This document shows positions 40,483 to 53,516 of a stretch of 64,000 bases of DNA, piece after piece (within the stretch, counting starts at the first letter, position 1; each line of letters starts with the position of its first letter). The notes beneath the pieces were generated by a model, which was not told the DNA's origin, made no database searches, and worked only from the letters and a program-made list of their open reading frames with translations. Source of the stretch: Utricularia gibba (Eukaryota > Plantae > Magnoliophyta); contig NEEC01000009.1 of assembly GCA_002189035.1 (NCBI GenBank), forward strand, positions 1-64,000, read 5' to 3'. The translations under genes and the position numbers were made by a program.

Positions 40483-41051
40483 AGAATGATGAAGAGTTTG
40501 TTCAAGTGAACACATTATAAACAAAGATGATTCCACCAGGACCAATGACTAGGAGCAAGACAAAGATGGTTGAAGATACACTTAAGGGTCTACTCAATAC
40601 CATTGGAATCAAACATGGGCTTGAAGACATCCCATCAAAAGAGCTCAACTACTTGAAGATGGACTTAACTTAGAGCATTGGGCTTGTTAAACTTTTCTAT
40701 TTCATTTAGTTTGGACTATGTAATGTTAGAGCCCAATTCTAGAGTATAAATACTCTAGAGATGTACTAATTCAGAATCTTTGGTCATTTTATGTATCTTG
40801 TGAGGATTCCCCTCTCCTTTGAGTGCTTGAACACTCTTAACTTATCAAGCTTTGAGCTTGTGGCGTTCTAGGATTATCACTTCCAATTAATCTCTCTTTT
40901 CTGAAGTGTGGCTCCTAATTTTCTTTGTTTCGAAGTCTGGTTGCAAGAGATTTATTCTCTTGAGGGTAGACTTGGGTGGGTTCTCTTCTAAGCTTCAAAA
41001 TCACCTCTTTTTTGTGGGTTGCTAATCTCTATAGATTAGAGGGTCACATCA

Positions 41052-41443
41052 AAGGAAGAACATGAATCTCATGACTATGGAAGACTTTCTCAAGTTGGGA
41101 GATCTCAGTCTGGGGGGAAGTGTTGGAGATCAGCCTCAATCCAAAGCTTGAAGGTGATTGTAAGCACTAATCTTGTGTCATAATGTTATATTTCACATAA
41201 AAAGGTGTTGAGTTCAAGCATGGAGGTGTTGGATTCGAGTTGTTGGGCTTTTTGTGTGTTTTCAATGATTGTGGCCCACTGTTGGGTACTCTAGGTATTA
41301 GGTATATATAAACCTTACTAGGAATGTATGTCAATTAGGTTTTCAGTCATTCTTATTGTTCATAAGTCGTTTTTCATCCAAGGTGATCTCATAAGCATTA
41401 CCTTTTTGTTACTTCCCAAGATTCTATTTTTCTTGCGACAACA
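41052..41443 (+). mobile_element. Copia 3' end: RNase H tail, PPT, LTR 41121-41443
   Basis: TGGGGGGAAG then TGTTGGAGATC...GACAACA. Confidence 0.92.
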
Positions 41444-41448
41444 CCTTC

Positions 41449-43774
41449 ACATCACAAGCACCTAGGTTTTTTTGTTCAACTCTGATCCACTATACTCATA
41501 TTTTTGTGTTTGACTTGGATGTAAATTAGGTTTATAAATTTATTTCATAGAAGATTTGGCAATTTTAATGACATTGGTAAATTATTTGTTTATGAAATTG
41601 ACACTGTTTATGAGGCGCTGTGTTTGATTGTTTTGTGATTCAATTGATGCATTCGCATTTTTTTTGGTACAAGTGATCTTGTTTTGCATCCAAAAATCGA
41701 GTTATCAGTAACAACCGCACAAAAGTGAGAGAAGCAACAAGGTTGATAAGGCTCCCTATTGCAACTCAAGTTAATTTTTTCATGGCAGAACAAATGAAGA
41801 CCTTGAATGAGCTTGACGCAGCTGACCATATGTAAAGGGGGTTGTACATCAGGTTTTCTGATGATACAACCAATGAATTGAAGCCTACGATAATCAATTT
41901 TCTGCCTAAGTATTATGGAAAGGTGGGAGAAAATTCACATGAACATCTTGACAATGTCACTACTCTTTGGACCTCTTTTAAGAGTGTTGAGATGACTGAG
42001 GATGCCATCTGTTTGAGGGCATTTCAATTTACATTGGAGGGGAGTGCAAGCATCATAAACTGGTGAGGGATGAAGAAGGTATTTGTTAGCAAGTATTTTC
42101 CTGCTTCTAAGGCTGCAGGGATAAGAAAAGAGATCAGTTACATACCACGGATCGTTTTTAATCAAGTGGCGAGTCTCTATATTAATATTGGGAGCGTTTT
42201 AATCATCTTCTTTTATCCTGTCCATACCACGGATTTCATACCAATACATTGGTCAAATATTTCTATTATGAACTGCTCTATACTGATAGAGGAATGGTAG
42301 ATTCTACTGTAGGGGGATTTTTAAGAAAAAAAAAGACCCCAACCAAAGCTCTTGCATTGCTTGAAGAGTTGGCTGAGCACTCCAAGCATATCATCAGAAA
42401 GCAAGCTTCGAACAACAGAGTTTATGAGCTGGAGTGCAAGCCAAAACCATCAGAAAGTGAGCTCACGAAGAATGTTGCTGCAATGTCTAAGATGATGAAG
42501 GAGCTATTTTTATTCCAAGCTAAAAATATGTCATACGGGAACTATCGCAGACTTGGACATCTTGCTGATAAATATCCAGAGGTGTTTCAAGAGGAGCACA
42601 TCAAGGCTAAGGGGGATTCACAACTTCAACTCAAAGGAAAATATGACCCATATTTGATCACTTACAATCCAGTTTGGAGGAATCACCCAAACTTTCGTTG
42701 GAACAAAAGTGATAATATGTATAAGGGAGAAAGTTCAAACATGGGGCTACAAAATTTCCAGCAGAATTTTCAAGAGCAGCAACAACGTTCATTTCAGGCT
42801 CCACCATTTCAAAAACAAGTCCATCAATCTGAGTATCACAATAATGTTGGAGGAAATTGTGGGAATGCTTTAGAAGAAATGCTAAAAGTGTTTATGGTGC
42901 ATTCAACCAAAAATGAAGTGGATAATCGACAAGCCATCAAAAATATGGAGACTCAATTGACTCAATTAACACTGGAGTTTGGAGAAATAAAAAAGAAAGG
43001 AGAACCAACAACATCATATTAAAATGCTAGTGGAAGATTGAATTGCAGCACCATGACATTGAGGGATATAAACGAGAAACAAGACAGGAATTTAGTCCAA
43101 TTTGGGACTAAGACAGATGGGAGGAAGGAATTTCATGTTGCGGTTGAAAACAAAGAAGATGTGATGCTTCATTGGAATCCTACAGAAGTGAAGATCACTC
43201 TACCCCCTTTTTTTGTAAGTTGGAGACAACAGAAGAACAAGATGAAAAGGAGAAGATTTTGAAGGTCTTGGGTAATACTCAACTTAATTTGAATATTGTG
43301 GACTACATTTCCATGGTGCCATAAAGTGTAAAATATTTGAAGCATCTTTGCATGTCCAAGTCCATGATGAAGCAAAAAGTAAAGGTATTTTTAAGTGAGA
43401 GTTGTTCAACCTTTCTCATCCAAAAATTTTCAAAAAAATGTAATGATCCAAGTACATTTTTTATTACTTGCAAGATTGGATATTTGAATACTAGGAGAGC
43501 TATGGTTGATTTTTGGCTGATTTAAAAAACCTGTTTTTTACTATTTATTGTCTTTCTACATAAAATTGTTGAGCTGTCTTAATCTTAGTTTAGACTAAAT
43601 TTTTTAATCGCTACATCCACTAAATGCATCAATTTTCACATCACAAGTACCTAGCTCCTTGTGTTTGATCCTGATCTACTATACTCATATTTTTGTGTAT
43701 GATTGGATATAAAAAATTAGGTTTATAAATTTATTTTATAGAAGAATTTTCAATTTTAAAGATATTGCTAAATT
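41449..43774 (+). mobile_element. Degenerate Athila-like gag region, bracketed by two copies of a ~130-bp LTR-end-like sequence (41449-41583, 43638-43774)
   Basis: NELKPTIINFLPKYYG..ICLRAFQFTLEGSA; QKFSKKCNDPSTFFITCKIG resembles the Athila gag-protease boundary. Confidence 0.7.
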
Positions 43775-45179
43775 TTTCACGTTGGTAAGTCAAAAGAGAC
43801 AGAAAATCTGTGCAAAGGTTACTTTTCAACAAAAGTAGTCTTTTGAAAAGATAAAATCTCAAGCAGAGATCTTCCTTCTAGAAGCCCATGAAAAAGACAG
43901 AGAGATATAGCGAACATGAAGGACCAGAGAGCAAGGAGAGTGGTTTCTATTGATACTTTATTTTCATTTTCTGCCAGCCTCCAATCTATGTCTCTAGACC
44001 TTATTTTCGCTCAGAACCTCCAAATTCAGCAAATCTAAAGCCCATTGAACATCTTGATACTTTTATTTTTTGTTTTCTGCACTTCCATTTTTATTGAACT
44101 TGCATTTTTTACGTTCTTGGTGCTTTGTAGTGAACAAGAAACATCTTGTAAACCCTATCTTAGCTTATGAACAAGTTTGTGTTTAAGATTTTCATGTTTG
44201 GTTTTAAGTTTAATATGTTATTTACTATTTCCGCAACCCTTTACTCTATTTTTGGGCATGATAAAACTACATTAAAGCCTAACAACTCTTTTGAGTGACA
44301 CAAGAGCCAAATCCTTGTGTAAAACCCAGCAAAATCATCTATGCTTTGCGTTTTCTGCACCTTCTTGTTATTTTTTGTGCTCGTTAACCTTTGCAACTTG
44401 TTTATTTCAATGGCTGTTATTTTATGTCTCACGTGCATAAAAGCTAAACCCCCTAGAAGCCCCCCCTGTTTTCAGTAAAGGAATGCAAGAAATTACAACC
44501 ATTTATTGTGGATTCAACCCTTATTTGCCAAATTACATTAATTTCTATGATTTGTATAGTAGAATAGATAGGTTTATAATTTTCTTTTGATGCGTTGAAC
44601 ATGCTACACCACGACATTTAGTACCAAGTTACAATGTGCATCAAGTATTGATCTCTGGAGTTTGATTTTTATAAAAAGATGTTTTATGCTAACCTTTCAC
44701 AAATTGTCACGATTTCATTAGAGGGGTTTTAAAATGTTGAAATAGGAAATGAGACATAAGTAATGAACCTTGATTACAATTCCTAGAAAAAAATCCATTT
44801 TCTTCTTTGTCTCTCATTGCTTTGGCTTTCACTAGTTCCTCATGAATAATTGTTTATAGAAGTAATGAATAACTTAATCTCCCTTATGTTCTTTTAAAAG
44901 GAGGCATGGGAATAACCTTATGTGATTCTCCCTTGAATAATTAAGAAGCCAAGAGGATTGCCATTGATTGTCATTAAAACTGAATTATACGCATGTACCC
45001 AGCTGTCGCCATTGATCAATGGCCTAGATACGAGGTCACTAGTCCTCAATGCATTTCTAAGTTGAGGCCACTCCCTAACTAGTGTGATCTAGTGAGAACC
45101 TACCCTTATGCCATCCACTAACACTACATGACCAACAAATTATATACAGTTTTATTCAAAGTTTGAAGTTGCTAAACTT

Positions 45180-45510
45180 AGCATATAGTTCATTCTCTCT
45201 CAAGTGTTGTAGAATTATCCTCAAATGATTCTCATGTTGTTTCTTTTTGCTAGACTATATAAAAATATCATCAATGAATACCACAACAAATTGATCCAAG
45301 TAAGGCTTGGAAGCATAGATCATCAATTCAATGAATACCACTGAGAGTATTTCTCAACTCGTAATGTTGTCTTCAACACATCTTCTTCATTCAACCTTAA
45401 TTGTTGTTATCTCATTGACTTTCCAACTTAGGAAATTGTAGCTCCTTACACCTGATCAAGTAAATCATCGATTCTAAGGGATTCTTATTCTTTGTCAGTA
45501 CCTTATTGAC
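45180..45510 (-). pseudogene. Gypsy RT remnant
   Basis: Reverse complement reads LDQFVVVFIDDIFI*SSKKKQHENHLRIILQHLRE. Confidence 0.75.
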
Positions 45511-46541
45511 TTCCCAATAATCATGCGACAACCTCTGTTGCGTGTCTTTTTATCAACAAATTTTAATTAGAAAAATGTAGAACACAAATAAAACTCAATT
45601 AAAACTAGTAAAATTAATAGATAAAATACAAGATTTAGGATAATTACCCTAAACTAAATAAAAATCGAAATCTCACATTATAGACTCCTAATTAGATACA
45701 GTTCTAATCACATTTAAATATAAAAACAACCTAAGAAATAATAAGAAAATGACACTTAACATATTCCTCCACACTGAAATCATGCTTGTCCTCAAGTATG
45801 AAAACAGATAGAGAATCCATAGCTCTGATAGTACCTAACTCATGATGCACGACTAAGGTAACCCATCCCTATCTAACTGCATGTATCACCTTTTATTTCC
45901 TTCCAAACTCTTCAAATCAATTTGAAGAATGCTATTCAAACAACACAATCAGGGAAAGAGACAGTTCGGGATAGCTCTCTAATTTCATAAGTTTGGGCCA
46001 CAATGACTTATTCCTCTTTCTCACTTATCTCTCTTTTTTTTTTTTTTTTTTTGAAGATGGACTCCCGCTTTGGGGAAGAGTTGTTGGGATTACGAAACGT
46101 TATTCGTGGTTCATAAGTAAAGTTCGCGTCGTTCACGATTTCGCTAGACAATTCTTACCTTTGGCATCCTTGTTTTTTTTTTTTTTTGAGGGTTCATTGG
46201 GCCATGGATATACAACAAAAACATGTGAGAGCAATCCTAAGCAAGTCTTAACCCTAATGCATGTCATAAAAGCAAGATATTTAGAGTAGGGAAAAATCTA
46301 GAAGGTTTCGTAGCAGCAAGATAAGTCTAAGCACCCTAATCATGAAGCATGCATAAGGAATATCGAAGCATAGATGTCATCTAACCTAGGAAGCATGATA
46401 TCGGGTAGACTCATAAGATAAAAACGGACGAAAAATTTGTCCAAATACGGTAATAAAAGATAGTTCAATCGATAGAAAATGGCTCCTTCCCCACACTTAA
46501 TTCTGAGGATGTCCTCATCATCAAGCATGGTGGAGGGTACC

Positions 46542-49443
46542 TTAGTGATGACGCGGTAGAGAGGTGATCAGGGTGTCCAATTTGGACGACAGTGTGGTGA
46601 TCTGGCGCTGCAGATCCTGAAGAGCCAGCAGGACGGTGTGTTTATCTGGAGATGTAGGGGCAGTCGTGATAAACGAAAAATTATGCAATGTTGTTAAATA
46701 CAAATTTTCCTATCAAATAAATTTATAACCTAATACACATTAAAACATAATACAATTATCAGCATAGTGATTAAGGTCGAACACGAAGAGCAAGTGCTTG
46801 CTATGTAAAAGTTGATGCATGAAACTAGTGTCACGTTGATAAAATTGATCTTAATTAGGACTAAGGATAGAATGCAGTAAAGAAAAGTAACAAGTTTGGA
46901 TTCGGTAGTTTCTGGAATGGAATGGGTGATGCCTTGAGACTCTTAGGGGATGTATGCCTATCACTAAACAAGCTTACATAAATAAAAAATCATACAACTA
47001 ACTCACAAGATCTAGGTCTATCCGGATTCTTGTTTTTCCCCCTAATCTTTGGTCTACCTCTAATTAGGGTTGTTAGTTGGGTTTCACTACCTCCCCCTCC
47101 TAGATCTATCCTGGTTTGCTAAGAAAGTAGTGTGACTTATGATTTATTAGGTTTAAGGATGGATTAGCATATTTCTCCCCTCTTCACCCCAAGGCATCCC
47201 CCTCTAAGTGCTTAGCTACTTATGGGAATGGAAAGTAAAACATCTTCATAGCTGATACTAAGCATCATCCTGGCTACAAATGCTTAACAACGACGAGTAA
47301 TATAAAGCAGAAGTTGGAAAGACACTTTATTCATACAGGAAATCCAAATCTAGTGTTAGCTAGGAACAGTAAGCATCAAGAACTAAATTAAATCTTCAAA
47401 GAGAAGCTGTGTTCTTATGGTTCGTCGCTTCCTTTCCTCTTCTATCCTAGAAAATATCTCTAGAAACTTGCTCGTGAGTCTCCAATGGGAGATCTGCCTT
47501 CTCTCTCATCTTTCCTCCTTTTTTGTCCAAAATCTCCCCTTTTCCTCCTTGGATTTTGTGTATACCACTTTTCAGACTTTTAGACTCATCTTGTGCCACT
47601 TCACTATGCATATTCGGCTCCTTGGGATTCTTGTTGCAACCTGTACTGCATTGCTCGAGTAAAACTATTAAAAGGTTGAGACTAAATCGTAGATTTAGTC
47701 CCAACTAAGACTAAAATAACACAATTGCGGTATTTATGCGCAAAAATATAAAACTAGGTAGTAAAACTAAATTTTTGTAGCACAATATGAATCCTTTCCA
47801 TGCACTCAATCATTTAAAAATATGTGTTATTAAGTCGCCACGGGAACTTCAGAGGAGTCACCGTATGGATCTACAATGGTGTGCGGCATCACGGTGGTCT
47901 TACTCTTCGTCCCGGCTTGGACAAAATCGGCACGGCCTCCAGCTTCCTGGAGGTAACTACACTGAAAAAGGTCAACTAAATCAAGGTACCGGAAATGGGC
48001 GTCTACCTTGGGTGTGCTGGCAGTGAGGTCCACGTTAAGGTGCATCGCGAGCTTGGTGATGAGTGATGCGAATGGAAGCACTCGTTTGCTGTGCGATGCC
48101 ACACGATTCATGTGCGTGGCAATCCACCAGCCAAGGTTGATCGGGATCTTTTTTATCATGGCCCAGAGGAAGAACACTACCACCTTGGAGACCACACTGG
48201 TGCCTTGGCGAGTGGCAGAATAGCATCCTCGAAGATACCTGTTCAAAACTAACAGTGCAGGGACCCTCAAGTGATGAGGCTTGAGTTTGGAACTAGGAAA
48301 GGGTGGTTCACACACAGACATGTAACCATAAGCACTATGAACATCAAATGATGGGGGATAATCACAGCAAGCTTGCAAATATCGAGCACAAGTAAGTTCA
48401 TCCTCAGAAACAAAACCAAGAGCAACATTAAAAACATTAACAGAAAGCTCAAAGTCATTTCCACCCAAATGAAAGGAAATGAGGGGTTCAGCAATAGGGT
48501 TCCCTTCCACATCATCAAAAGCAAAGGTAGCATAAAATTCAAAGACCAATTTCGGAAAAACAGGAAGATCAATCTCTAAAAAATGACACCATTCAGGTGA
48601 AAACTCAAACATGCGATTAACATCATGCGTCAAATTCAAATGAGCTAACGTTGGAGCATGCATACGGAAAGCAAACAAGATGCGGCGACTTGTTAAAGCG
48701 GTAAAAAGGGCTTGGGATTTTTTATTGGGAAACCTGACAGTGTCCCGGAGTTGGGTCCAGGCAGGAGACTCCAACAAACGGTCCCCCCAGAACTTTTGTC
48801 GCCCTCGTTGTCCTTTTCCATGCTGCCTGCTTGTTTGGCCAACGTTGATGGCCTGCTCCCCGTCTTGGAACGTTAGTGGTGGTCCTTCGTTAGCGGCTCC
48901 CTGCATTTCTGCAATCCACAAATCTACTTCAGATTCAATATTATCATCCTCACCTTCCCCTTCCTCATGGGGTGAGCGTCTGTTTGCAGTAGTTGATGGG
49001 CTGGACGCCTCGTCCACTTTAGGTTCTTCTTCTTCTTTCTCCAAGCCGTCCAGTCGGAAATCTTCGTCGGAGCTATCGTTATGAGTCTGGGTTGCAACTA
49101 GGTCTTGCTCCGGTGTCTCCACAGCAACAGGTTCTAGTGTGGCTTCTCTCTCTGGGGTTGCAGCGGGCATTTCCTGGTCTGCTGAAGAATCCTCATCTTT
49201 CCATGGAAGGTAGAAAACAGGAGGGAGTTCGGCTAAAGGTACTGGTGAAAACAGTGGAGAAATCTCCTAGGATGAAGCTTCCAGTGGAAGCACAGACTGG
49301 CGTTTGTGAGGTCTGGGTGAGGGTGAAGCAGAACGCTGTCAGTTCCTCCGTGATGGACCTTCAGTGACGGCCTGGCGTTGCCTAGCTGTGTGGGGTTTCC
49401 TAATAGGGGTTCGAAGAGATGAAGTAGAGCATGTTCGCTTCAT
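46542..49443 (-). pseudogene. Athila env-like/ORF2 (plant transposon protein, Transposase_32-like), split by the solo LTR
   Basis: 446-aa core 47830-49170 (PKLVFEFYATF..ISFHLGGNDF..FFLWAM..PINLGWWI..LPFASLITKL). Extends upstream to ATG at 49443 through two stops, and downstream in frame across the TSD to TAA at 46542. Confidence 0.8.
46667..47832. mobile_element. Solo LTR (1,166 bp) with TSD AGTCG, inserted in the env-like ORF
   Basis: TGATAA...TTATTA termini; AGTCG at 46662-46666 and 47833-47837. Confidence 0.88.
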
Positions 49444-52400
49444 GGCTGTGGGTTACGATGGGTCACAAGGTGAGGAAGAAGGTAAACTGGAAATTGGCAG
49501 AAGTGGGGAATGTCTTACGGAAAAGTGGGGAAAGTGATAGAAGTAGTGGTGTGAATGGGGAAATAGGTAGTTATGGTGAGAGAAGAGTCTCAAGGAGGAT
49601 AATCATGAGAGGAAAGGAAAGCAAAATTAGGCTTGGCCTGAGGAATTTCACTTGTCTCCTTCTCTTGAACAGCTTCAAGTGGCTTAGGAACATCATTTTG
49701 GTGAGTCATCTAGATCGTCACCAATGATTTCTTCATCAACATCTGAATCACTGTCTATGACCTCCAGCTCTTTTTCTTCGGACCTATCTACCTTGTTTGT
49801 GAACCATGGGTAAGGGTCTGGTAGGTTAGTTCCAATTCTCAACGAGATGGCATTTATGTGCTCTGGATTCTGCACTGGTTGTGATGGCAATCCTCCCTTT
49901 GTTTCCAAACGGTTCATTGCTTGTGCAAGCTGAGTAATCTGGCCCTTCATGTCCTTCTGTTCAGCATGCATTTTCGAGGTGCGTTCCGCAAGAGATTTGA
50001 CCACGGCCTCTAAACTGTGATTTGGTTGGTATGGAACCATGTGTTGTTCTGGAGGTCCGGTTATCTACAATGGTTGAGGTGGTCCAATGATAGTCTTCTG
50101 AGGAATACCAGGTGGGTTTCCTAATGATGGTGCTTGACCAGGGGGTGTTGGTTGTCTCCAGCGAAAACCTGGATGGTATCTTCGAGGCATTTGATAATTT
50201 CCATAGTTGTACGTCCCCACCTTGGTTCTGATAAAAGTCATTGACTTATTCCAATGGCATTTCAGGAACTCTCGATCCAGAGTCAAAGTGAGATGGCGTA
50301 GAAGGTGAGATTCTTTGATATCCTTCCCTTTGTTGAAGGAAGGCTTGAAGACCAAACTTCAACGTGTCGCTCATTGTTGCAAGTTGAGCCAATACTTCTA
50401 AGTTGTCCACTCCATAGACCGCTTTTGCCGTTCCAACGTTTCCACCAGATGGTTTATAGGAGTTGTCATAACGATTGGCTGTGGAATAGGAATTAGCAGC
50501 CATTTGTTCAATGAGTATGCGGGCATCAGCACTGTGACAGTTCGCTAATAATGATCCACATTACAAGCGGCATCCATCTGTCCTCGAATCATAGGAGTCA
50601 ATCCTTCATAGAAGTGCTGCAAGATCTGGTCTTCAGTGAGTTCATGCTGAGGGTAGGAGTTGCAGATTCAGTTGAAACGATCATAATACTCCTGCAAGTT
50701 TTCTACTTCGCTCTGCATCATGGTTGTTAAGGCTCTCCTTCCGCCTGAAGCTCTTCCAAGTGGTGCATGGCGATCCAACGACTTTTGAACCATCTGATCC
50801 CATGTGGCGATAGATGAAGGGGGAAGTCCATAGCGCCACTCTAAAGCTCGTTAAGTGAGACTGAAAGGAAACACTCTAAGTTTGACTTGATTCTCCGTGG
50901 CTCCCTTGGGGCGCATGGATGCACAAGCCGTGTACAACTCACGTAGATCATGGTTAGGGTCGTCATTTTCCCTTCCAGCAAACTTTGGAAGCGTCTGAAA
51001 TAAGTAAGGACGTAGCTCCTAGTCTTCTTCTCCATCAAAGATGATGCATAAGGGGCGGTCTGAGTGATTTGCAATGATTGCTTCCTTGATGGTCCGTAGC
51101 GCTGGTCCACGGTTAGCGGGAAGTAACTGGGAAGTTTCCATGAGATTGTTCTCCCTGGGTCTTAGGCTCTACTGGTACTCCAACGGGTACATGTGTTGCC
51201 ATGATATCTCTTTTTAGAAAGAAAGGTTCGTTCCACCTCTTGGTCCAAAGGATATACAACTTCTCGATAAGATCTCACGCTTGGACAAGCCCTTAGTGGA
51301 CCTGGCTGCATAAAAAGATAAAAACAGAGCAGAAACGGAAACAAGAAAAGAAACAACAAGGAAAAGAAAGAAAAAAAGAAAAAGAAAAGAAGGCAAAAGG
51401 GAAAAATAAAATGACACTCACACACACAACACCAAACACAAAAAAAAATTCAACTCCCCGTCAACAGCGCCAAAAATATGATGCTTGTCGATTTCACAAC
51501 AAATTTTAATATTTTTAAAACTCGTAAAACACAAAAGCGTAGTACGGCTGTCGAACACAGGGAATTGTAAACGGTTTTGAAGGTAAGAGGTGTGAAAAAC
51601 GTTGGTGATTAAGTTTGAATAAGGAAATAAGAGGGTTTTGAACAGACAACTGAAATAAACGTAAGCGATGAACCTTAAATAAAGTAAATGTTCCTGGGTT
51701 TGGAATCATGTCTAGCTATGTTTGTTGCATCTTCACTCTTCTCTGGTCCTATCGAGTACTCGGTTATAGGAGTAAAGAATTGCCTACCCTCCCTTACACT
51801 CTCTCGCAAGAACACACGGGAATAGCCCGAACGTGATAATAAGAGGTCCTTCCAGCATACCCTCACGGCCGAATTGATCTTGAGGTACGGACACAGACAA
51901 AACGTTGTCTTCCTCCTTCCAACAGGGCTCGAGTTGGTGCATTCCACTTTACTCCTCTCCAAAATCCGCGGGTAGTGATCAGCTAACCATGAACCTAGAA
52001 TAAAGGGACAGTTACAGAAAGACTGCAACATAGTTCCGTGAAAACATACGAAACCCGTTCGAATTCAAAGAAAATGTGAAGATAAGCTAATGAAACGTAG
52101 AGGAAAAATCATCTAGAGATAGAAAAACAAAAGTGAAAACTAAACTAACTACTACTTTTCATATGAACCGAACTCCCACTTCAATGAGGGTCTGAGATTT
52201 CGTGTCCTTGTGATTTTGCTGAATTTGGGATGACTTGCAAGCAATGTCTGACACTGCATGCTAATGATGTTGCCTGTCAGAGACTCCTATGTTAAGCGTT
52301 TGCAGTCTTCCGGAAATAAAGGGAATGTTAGCTGGGGAAGATCAAATTTGTCGCCATCTGATGTCCTCTTTCTCTCACCTCCTGCCACATGTGCATTTCT

Positions 52401-52573
52401 AGAAAAACTCAATTAAAACTAGTAAAAATAATAGATAAAATACAAGATTTAGGATAATTACTCTAAACTAGATAAAAACCCAAATCATAAATTATAGACT
52501 CCTAATTAGACACTTCTAATCATATTTAAACATAAAAACAACCTAAGAAATAATACGAAAATGACACTTAACA

Positions 52574-53397
52574 TCGATCATGAGTGATGCCTAGTAACAT
52601 ATCATGATCTCCAATATGTCAAAATAATAGGTGAACTGATTGAGTCTTTTCATGACCATCCATCATGCAATGAACAACTTTCATCATACTTATATTTCAT
52701 TCAATACCATAAAATGGGTGTATGTCTTTTCTGATGTATCGTACTTATAATTGCATTTAAACACTAAATGACCTCAAAGACTTTGAGTGTCATTATGCTG
52801 GGCCCAAGACTAACTGATAGGGTTTGATACAATTACTTGAGATAATATCTCATAGCTAACATAAGTGATGAATTTTTAATTGATCAATTAACTATCTTCA
52901 ATCTCAATGAGTCCCATTAGTAATGAACGAAAATGCGAGCTTCAGATCAAGATAACTTTGTTGATCTCAAATCTTAACTTACTTGCACGGCTGTCATATT
53001 TGAGATCTTGCTACTAACACTTAGTTAGGTTCTCATAGTAGTATCTCAAAGATGAGTCATCCAATGAATCAATTCTCTAATCGACACCCACGCATTGTTT
53101 CTAGTAATCTCATTACATCAATTGTGAGAACCATTGCCTAAACAATTTAAGGAACTCAATGTGTGCCAGCCTATCCGTATTTGTGATATCCTCATTTCAC
53201 AAACACTCTAGCCAGGGAGTTTTTAACTTGAACATAAATGCTTGAAAATCTCACATTATAATCTCATCATAATTTCTACAGCACATAGATCAAGTAGAAG
53301 ATTTTATAAATGATATAATTTTGATCATAATTCAAAGTAAATATCAAAAGATAAGATTTACCCATAAGTTGATTGTCTTAGAACACATACACCAACA
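52574..53397 (-). mobile_element. Partial copia (Angela-like) LTR
   Basis: Reverse complement begins TGTTGGTGTATGTGTTCTAAGAC; clade from terminal resemblance only. Confidence 0.45.
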
Positions 53398-53516
53398 ATC
53401 AAAGCATAGGGCTGATGCTCCTAAAAGCCCTACAATGATTCGTGCACATAATAATCCATAGGGCTTTCTCTAATAAAAAGCCCTATGAGTGATCAACCAA
53501 AGGACCTAATAAACTT

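Larger units (their letters stand above)
34612..41051 (+). mobile_element. Near-complete CRM-clade Ty3/gypsy retrotransposon, 604-bp LTRs
   Basis: LTRs 34612-35215 and 40448-41051 (13 differences by hand, ~2%). PBS TGGTATCAGAGC 35219-35230; PPT ~40435-40447. Gag KIPQFQGKNDPDAYLQWE typical of CRM; CR-like GPMTRSK motif in LTR. Confidence 0.95.
45536..52573 (-). mobile_element. Non-autonomous Athila-like element: LTR-PBS-gag-(no pol)-env-like ORF-PPT-deleted 3' LTR
   Basis: 5' LTR 51479-52573; PBS rc TGGCGCTGTTGACGGGGA 51455-51472; gag pieces 49693-51140; 3' LTR start at 45761 (GACACTTAACA shared with 52573). Left boundary approximate. Confidence 0.8.

Noticed and set aside
48680-49727. Plus-strand ORFs in the GC-rich region
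   Set aside because: Antisense to the Athila env-like ORF and its leader.
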